DNA of 63,992 nucleotides, the filler included, from an uncultured Clostridia bacterium (GTDB lineage: Bacteria > Aerophobota > Aerophobia > Aerophobales > B3-G15), in the NCBI GenBank assembly GCA_964482715.1. It is 6 parts of 4 records of this genome, joined end to end, with 100 filler letters (N's around TTAATTAATTAA, not from the genome) between each part and the next. Parts side by side here need not be neighbours in the genome. Positions count along the whole stretch, not along the records: positions 59,152 to 63,992 come from CAYZYX010000053.1; 5 more parts are not named here. One strand, 5' to 3'. How positions within the stretch are numbered: the stretch's first letter is position 1; every line of letters begins with the position of its first letter. Both the position numbers and the translations under genes were made by a program. Of this stretch, positions 59,963 to 63,992 are shown one piece after another. The notes below the pieces were generated by a model that saw only the letters and a list, made by a program, of their open reading frames with translations, made no database searches and was not told the DNA's origin.

Positions 59963-61169
59963 CCTCCCGAATTACCCTCCTGACCTTAGCTATGACTTGA
60001 AAGACTTCTTCATCTCTCATTTTGGGAAAAAGGGGCAAAGTTAGTGCTCTCTCATAATACCTTTCCGCAACAGGGCAGATACCTTTTCTGTAACCCAGTC
60101 TCTGGTAGTAAGGATGATAGTATATGGGTATGTAGTGAACCTGAACTCCCATTTTCTCTTTTCTTAAAGCTTCAAAGACCTTTTTTCTCCTGTCTTTACC
60201 GGGGCTTATCCTTATGACGTAAAGATGCCAGGCGGATCTAACATAAGGTTTTTCAGAAGGTATGCTTATTTCCTTGAGGTCTTTAAAAGCCTGGTGGTAA
60301 ATTCTGGCGATTTTTCTTCTTCTTCTGATGAAAAGAAAAAGTTTTCTAAACTGACTCATCCCCAGAGCACATTGAAAATCGGTTATCCTGTAGTTATAGC
60401 CAAGTTCCTGCATCTCATAAAACCAGGGGTCTTTATTTTTCCCGGAAAAGCTGGATGGATCTTTAGTGATGCCGTGATTTCTAAATAAAATCAGTTTCCT
60501 GTAAAAATACGAATCATTGGTGGTTACCGCTCCGCCCTCACCGGTGGTTATTGATTTCACCGGGTGAAAACTGAAAACACTCATGTGTGAATGGGTACAA
60601 CTTCCCACCTTTACCCACCTGTCTTTTCCCTTTAAGCCGGAATTGTCAGAACTTCTATACTCTGCTCCCAGAGCGTGGCAGGCGTCTTCAATTACCAGCA
60701 AATTGTTTTTAATGGCAATCCGGTAAATTCTCTCAAGTTCAGCGGGATGTCCGGCAAAATCTACCGGAATTATAGCTTTCGTTCTCGGAGTTATTTTTTC
60801 CTCAATTTTTTCTGGATCAATATTGACAGTATCTTCAGTTACATCCACAAATATGGGTTTTCCACCAAGATACAGGATACAGTTACCTGTTGCCACAAAG
60901 CTTATGGGAGTTGTTATTACTTCATCACCCGGTTTGATACCAGCGGCAAAACAGGCAGCATGAAGAGCTGCTGTTCCACTACTGAACGCCACAGCGTACT
61001 TGCTTTCAACAAGGTGAGCCAGCATTTCTTCAAAACGTCTAACTGCAGGTCCCTGGGTTATCCAGTCACCTCTCAAGACTTTTACAACTTCTCTGACATC
61101 CTCATCATCCAGCCACTGTCGGCCATAAGGGATAAAAGTCCCCTTTTTTGTCTCTAAATTAATGCTCAT
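59949..61169 (-). CDS. pseC: PseC-like DegT/DnrJ sugar aminotransferase
   Basis: IPYGRQ, WITQGP, EDACHALG, FSFHPVK.ITTGEGG, VQVHYIP; start ATG 61169. Confidence 0.85.
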   Translation of the reverse strand: MSINLETKKGTFIPYGRQWLDDEDVREVVKVLRGDWITQGPAVRRFEEMLAHLVESKYAVAFSSGTAALHAACFAAGIKPGDEVITTPISFVATGNCILYLGGKPIFVDVTEDTVNIDPEKIEEKITPRTKAIIPVDFAGHPAELERIYRIAIKNNLLVIEDACHALGAEYRSSDNSGLKGKDRWVKVGSCTHSHMSVFSFHPVKSITTGEGGAVTTNDSYFYRKLILFRNHGITKDPSSFSGKNKDPWFYEMQELGYNYRITDFQCALGMSQFRKLFLFIRRRRKIARIYHQAFKDLKEISIPSEKPYVRSAWHLYVIRISPGKDRRKKVFEALRKEKMGVQVHYIPIYYHPYYQRLGYRKGICPVAERYYERALTLPLFPKMRDEEVFQVIAKVRRVIREVENG

Positions 61170-61187
61170 TTGTGGTACCCCAAAATT

Positions 61188-61422
61188 CTGACATTGGAAC
61201 ACTTTTTACCTATACCTTTCTCCGTAGGCTCCCGGGTATCTCACAGGAAGTGTGCCTCGCAAGAGGTTTATCTCACCCATCATTTTAGTGCAGCAGGCCT
61301 TTCCTTTTTTGTGGGTACAAAAGTAGCTACCATGTAAAGACCGGCTGCTCACCAAAAAAAGCTTGCTTGCAAGGTATCCTCGGGAGCCTTTATCTTCATG
61401 AGAAAAACTCTCCCGATTCCAG
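61188..61422. mobile_element. Non-autonomous MITE-like element, copy 2 (235 bp), inserted into the 3' end of the epimerase gene
   Basis: Ends CTGACATTGGAACACTTT and AAACTCTCCCGATTCCAG; 7-bp direct repeat CAAAATT at 61181-61187 and 61423-61429; shares a core with copy 1. Confidence 0.88.
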
Positions 61423-62358
61423 CAAAATTGAATTGGTAATCCACTTCCTTGTCCTTTCTATTCCTTCTACTAAGGAAACCTGGGGTTTCCATTTTAAAAG
61501 CCTTTTTGCCTTACTCCAATCACAGATAAGCCTGGAGATCTCACTTTGAGGATGAATATGGGGTATGTGCCTGACAGAACCATTTTTACCGGCGATTAAT
61601 CTGGTAAGTTCATTTATTGAGATATCTTTACCCGAACCAATATTGACAGTCTCTCCCCAGACCACACCAGAAAAAGCCGCATCAGCTATTGCTCTGGCAC
61701 AATCTTCAACATAAATAAAATCACGAGTTTGATTTCCATCTCCATAAACAAGCAGACTCTCTCCCTTCAGGTATCGGGTGATAAATATGGGTATTACTCC
61801 TCCTTCACTATCAGTTCTCTGAAATGGACCATAGGTATTAAAGGGTCGTAATACAGTAACGGGTAATCCGTAGGTATAATGATAAGAAAAAGCAAGAGTT
61901 TCCGAGGCAATTTTAGTGGCAGCATAGGGTGAGCACGGGCAAAGTGGATGATTTTCATTTATGGGCTTATTATTACTGGCTTCTCTGTAAACCATACAGG
62001 TGCTGACAAGGACAAATTTTGTATTTTTTCTTTTTGCCTCTTCCAGAAGATTAAAAGTCCCCCTGACATTTACCTCAAAGTTTTTCTCAGGATTGTTAAT
62101 ACTCTTCTGGACATTAATGCAGGCCGCCAGATGAATACAGACATCAAAACCAATATCAAAAATTTCCCTGAGAAGCTCCCGATCAAGAATGTCTCCTTCA
62201 ATAAACTCAAATTTAGAGTCATCCATAAACCCGGCAATATTTTCTCTCCTGCCACTCAAAAGATTATCAATCACCCATATGCTGCAGCCTTTCTCAAGTA
62301 AAGACTTGACCACCCACCTTCCTATAAAACCTGCTCCGCCGGTAACCAGAATCTTCAT
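61396..62358 (-). CDS. NAD-dependent nucleotide-sugar epimerase/dehydratase (extended SDR)
   Basis: GGAGFIG, HLAA, YAATK (YxxxK), FNTYGP, RDFIYV. Confidence 0.9.
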   Translation of the reverse strand: MKILVTGGAGFIGRWVVKSLLEKGCSIWVIDNLLSGRRENIAGFMDDSKFEFIEGDILDRELLREIFDIGFDVCIHLAACINVQKSINNPEKNFEVNVRGTFNLLEEAKRKNTKFVLVSTCMVYREASNNKPINENHPLCPCSPYAATKIASETLAFSYHYTYGLPVTVLRPFNTYGPFQRTDSEGGVIPIFITRYLKGESLLVYGDGNQTRDFIYVEDCARAIADAAFSGVVWGETVNIGSGKDISINELTRLIAGKNGSVRHIPHIHPQSEISRLICDWSKAKRLLKWKPQVSLVEGIERTRKWITNSILLESGEFFS

Positions 62359-63620
62359 TAAATTAACCTTTCTCTGTGTAAAATTTCTTTAATCCGGTTT
62401 TTGCTTATCAAATGCACCCTGTCTGAGGTGCAATGATTGTTTCCTCTGGAAATATAAGCCCCGGGATAAAAGTACCTATCGCTTGCAAGTTGTTTTGGTG
62501 GCAGGATTATGTACATGTCGTTTCTCTCAAGAGCCCTTTTTTCTTCATCCTCGGTCATCAGCTCTTCGTATAATTTCTCTCCAGGCTTAACCCCTATCTC
62601 TTCAATACCATTGTCAAATCCGAGGAGTTCTTCTATCACTTCAATTAAATCCATAATTTTAATGGCAGGCATTTTGGGGACAAAAACTTCTCCCCCTCTG
62701 GCCAGAATAGTTGCCTTGAAGATAAAATCTACAGCTTCTCCCATGGACATTACAAAGCGGGTCATTTTTTTACTGGTTAAAGTGATTTTTCTCCCCGTAA
62801 GAAGCTGATTTTTAAAAAGAGGGATAGCCGATCCTCTTGATCCAAGAACATTACCAAATCTCACACTGGCAAAAACTGTTCTTCGCTTCCCTTTGTAATG
62901 GTTTGCTGCTGTAAAAAGTTTCTCGGCAACCAGTTTTGTGGCTCCCATGGTGCTGGTGGGGTTTACTGCCTTGTCAGTGGAGGTGAAAATCACCTTTTCT
63001 GCATCTACGTTTAAAGCAGCACTTATTACGTTTTGTGAACCATATACGTTAGTGTTGATCGCCTCGAAAGGGTTGTATTCACAGGAGGTGACGTGTTTCA
63101 ATGCTGCAAGGTGAAAAACAATATCCACCTCTTCCATAGCCATTTCTAACCTGCGCAGATCCCTTACATCCCCTATGAAAAATCTTAAATTCCCAGAATT
63201 TTTGAATTCCTCAGCCATCTCAAATTGTTTTGTTTCGTCTCGACTGTATATACGAATCACTTGAGGATTTAAGGTCAGCAGTCTTCTGGTAATTTCTCTT
63301 CCTACTGTCCCTGTTCCTCCGGTGATAAGTATTTTTTTGTCGCGGAAATAATTTCCCTCATCGGCAGAATTTTTTTCCTCTTCCATTTTACAGGTGTTGA
63401 GGATTTTCTTTGCTCCCTTTATCGTATATCCTCTGTCTTTTATGAGTTCTTTGATCTTAAGAAGAGCCTTTAAATTCTCCTCGGTGTATCTTCTGTGTCC
63501 ACCTTTGCTGCGATAGGGCCTGAGATAATCACTAAATTCCTTTTCCCAGTATCTTAAAGTATAAGGCCTTATTCCTACTCTCTGGCACAACTCTCCTATA
63601 GTTAAAAAACCGTCATCCAT
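62358..63620 (-). CDS. MerR-type HTH fused to a PseB/FlaA1-like UDP-GlcNAc 4,6-dehydratase
   Basis: aa 1-75 TIGEL..LRYWEKEF..GGHRRY; then TGGTGTVG, SRDETKQ, ALKHV, STDKA, RFGNVLGSRGS, GEKLYE in one frame. Confidence 0.85.
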   Translation of the reverse strand: MDDGFLTIGELCQRVGIRPYTLRYWEKEFSDYLRPYRSKGGHRRYTEENLKALLKIKELIKDRGYTIKGAKKILNTCKMEEEKNSADEGNYFRDKKILITGGTGTVGREITRRLLTLNPQVIRIYSRDETKQFEMAEEFKNSGNLRFFIGDVRDLRRLEMAMEEVDIVFHLAALKHVTSCEYNPFEAINTNVYGSQNVISAALNVDAEKVIFTSTDKAVNPTSTMGATKLVAEKLFTAANHYKGKRRTVFASVRFGNVLGSRGSAIPLFKNQLLTGRKITLTSKKMTRFVMSMGEAVDFIFKATILARGGEVFVPKMPAIKIMDLIEVIEELLGFDNGIEEIGVKPGEKLYEELMTEDEEKRALERNDMYIILPPKQLASDRYFYPGAYISRGNNHCTSDRVHLISKNRIKEILHRERLI

Positions 63621-63658
63621 CGTTCTTCCCCGTGTCTTTAATCAGATGCCTGTATTTT

Positions 63659-63686
63659 TTATCGGCAAAATTGACAAATTTCTTTA
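63659..63686 (-). promoter_or_regulatory. sigma28 (FliA/SigD)-type promoter
   Basis: TAAA-N16-GCCGATAA on the minus strand; the -10 box ends 38 bp upstream of the MerR-PseB start. Confidence 0.75.
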
Positions 63687-63694
63687 ACTTCATG

Positions 63695-63712
63695 TTGCAA
63701 AATTTATACCAA
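63695..63712 (-). promoter_or_regulatory. sigma54 -24/-12 promoter
   Basis: TTGGTATAAATTTTGCA (GG-N10-GC) on the minus strand. Confidence 0.6.
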
Positions 63713-63749
63713 ATTCTCCTTTTCCCTTTTGGTGAGTACTCCTTTTTCC

Positions 63750-63778
63750 TTGATCAATTAAAAATTTTATGGTATAAT
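63750..63778 (+). promoter_or_regulatory. sigma70-type promoter for the divergent ORF
   Basis: TTGATC-N17-TATAAT with TG extension. Confidence 0.65.
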
Positions 63779-63823
63779 TTCAGCCACATGTAAGGTTCTC
63801 GCTGGTTTTTGGAGGAAGAGAGA

Positions 63824-63992
63824 ATGGAAAAGAAAGAACGTTTTGAAATTCTTCTGGAAGAGATCAACAGAAAAATGGAACTCTTAATAGAGGGACACCA
63901 GACTCTTGACCAGAAGATAGACAGGATTGCTGGAGACTTAAGGGAAGAGATGCAACAGATGAGAGGAGAGCTTCATGCTGAGATAGTTGGAG
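63824..63992 (+). CDS. Coiled-coil hypothetical protein, runs off the window
   Basis: GGAGG RBS then MEKKERFEILLEEINRKMELLIEGHQTLDQKIDRIAGDLREEMQQ..., open to the window end. Confidence 0.7.
   Translation, partial: MEKKERFEILLEEINRKMELLIEGHQTLDQKIDRIAGDLREEMQQMRGELHAEIVG

Noticed and set aside
61367-61549. Short ORFs in or overlapping the element, and the extended pseC N-terminus to 61202
   Set aside because: Reading frames are not conserved between element copies; the pseC start at 61169 is supported by the reconstructed ATGA overlap.
1-63992. CRISPR array, rRNA, integrase or transposase
   Set aside because: No regularly spaced repeats, rRNA-like sequence or recombinase/transposase ORFs were seen.

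Overview
This window is a concatenation of six contig pieces from a low-GC bacterial draft genome (MAG/SAG-like). The pieces are joined by five artificial N-TTAATTAATTAA-N linkers (5398-5497, 15110-15209, 26025-26124, 27324-27423, 59052-59151), so adjacency across linkers is not evidence of linkage. Gene content suggests an anaerobic, sugar-using, hydrogenase-bearing bacterium. Main blocks: (1) suhB-araB-araD-leuC/leuD-like; (2) a sugar ABC importer, pilD-thrB-ftsB, nikR with a beta-propeller/TlpA fusion, and pabB-pabC; (3) clpB, a URO-D-like gene and a hyp(F,C,D,E)-rex-rnfD-rnfG operon lacking other rnf genes; (4) an AbiEi/AbiEii type IV TA pair; (5) thrC-dehydrogenase-thiC, an uncharacterised ABC-2 module coupled to a class II aldolase, zapA-cvpA-dgt-dnaG-rpoD, tRNA-Thr(UGU) and a ~14 kb HNH-prfA-mfd-surA-murA-mreB-radA-disA-yacL-ispD-ispF-cysS run; (6) a pseudaminic-acid-type cluster led by a MerR-HTH/PseB fusion. 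The best non-obvious signal is a ~225-235 bp non-coding mobile element (two full copies, one partial) with CTG(A)...CAG imperfect terminal repeats, 7-8 bp target duplications and a conserved internal fold. One copy rewrote the C-terminus of an epimerase gene and broke its ATGA coupling to pseC. Other notable signals are tandem sigma54 and sigma28 promoter motifs upstream of the pse cluster, the orphan RnfDG pair, and a zapA gene with no canonical in-frame start codon. All calls come from reading the sequence; no database searches were run.
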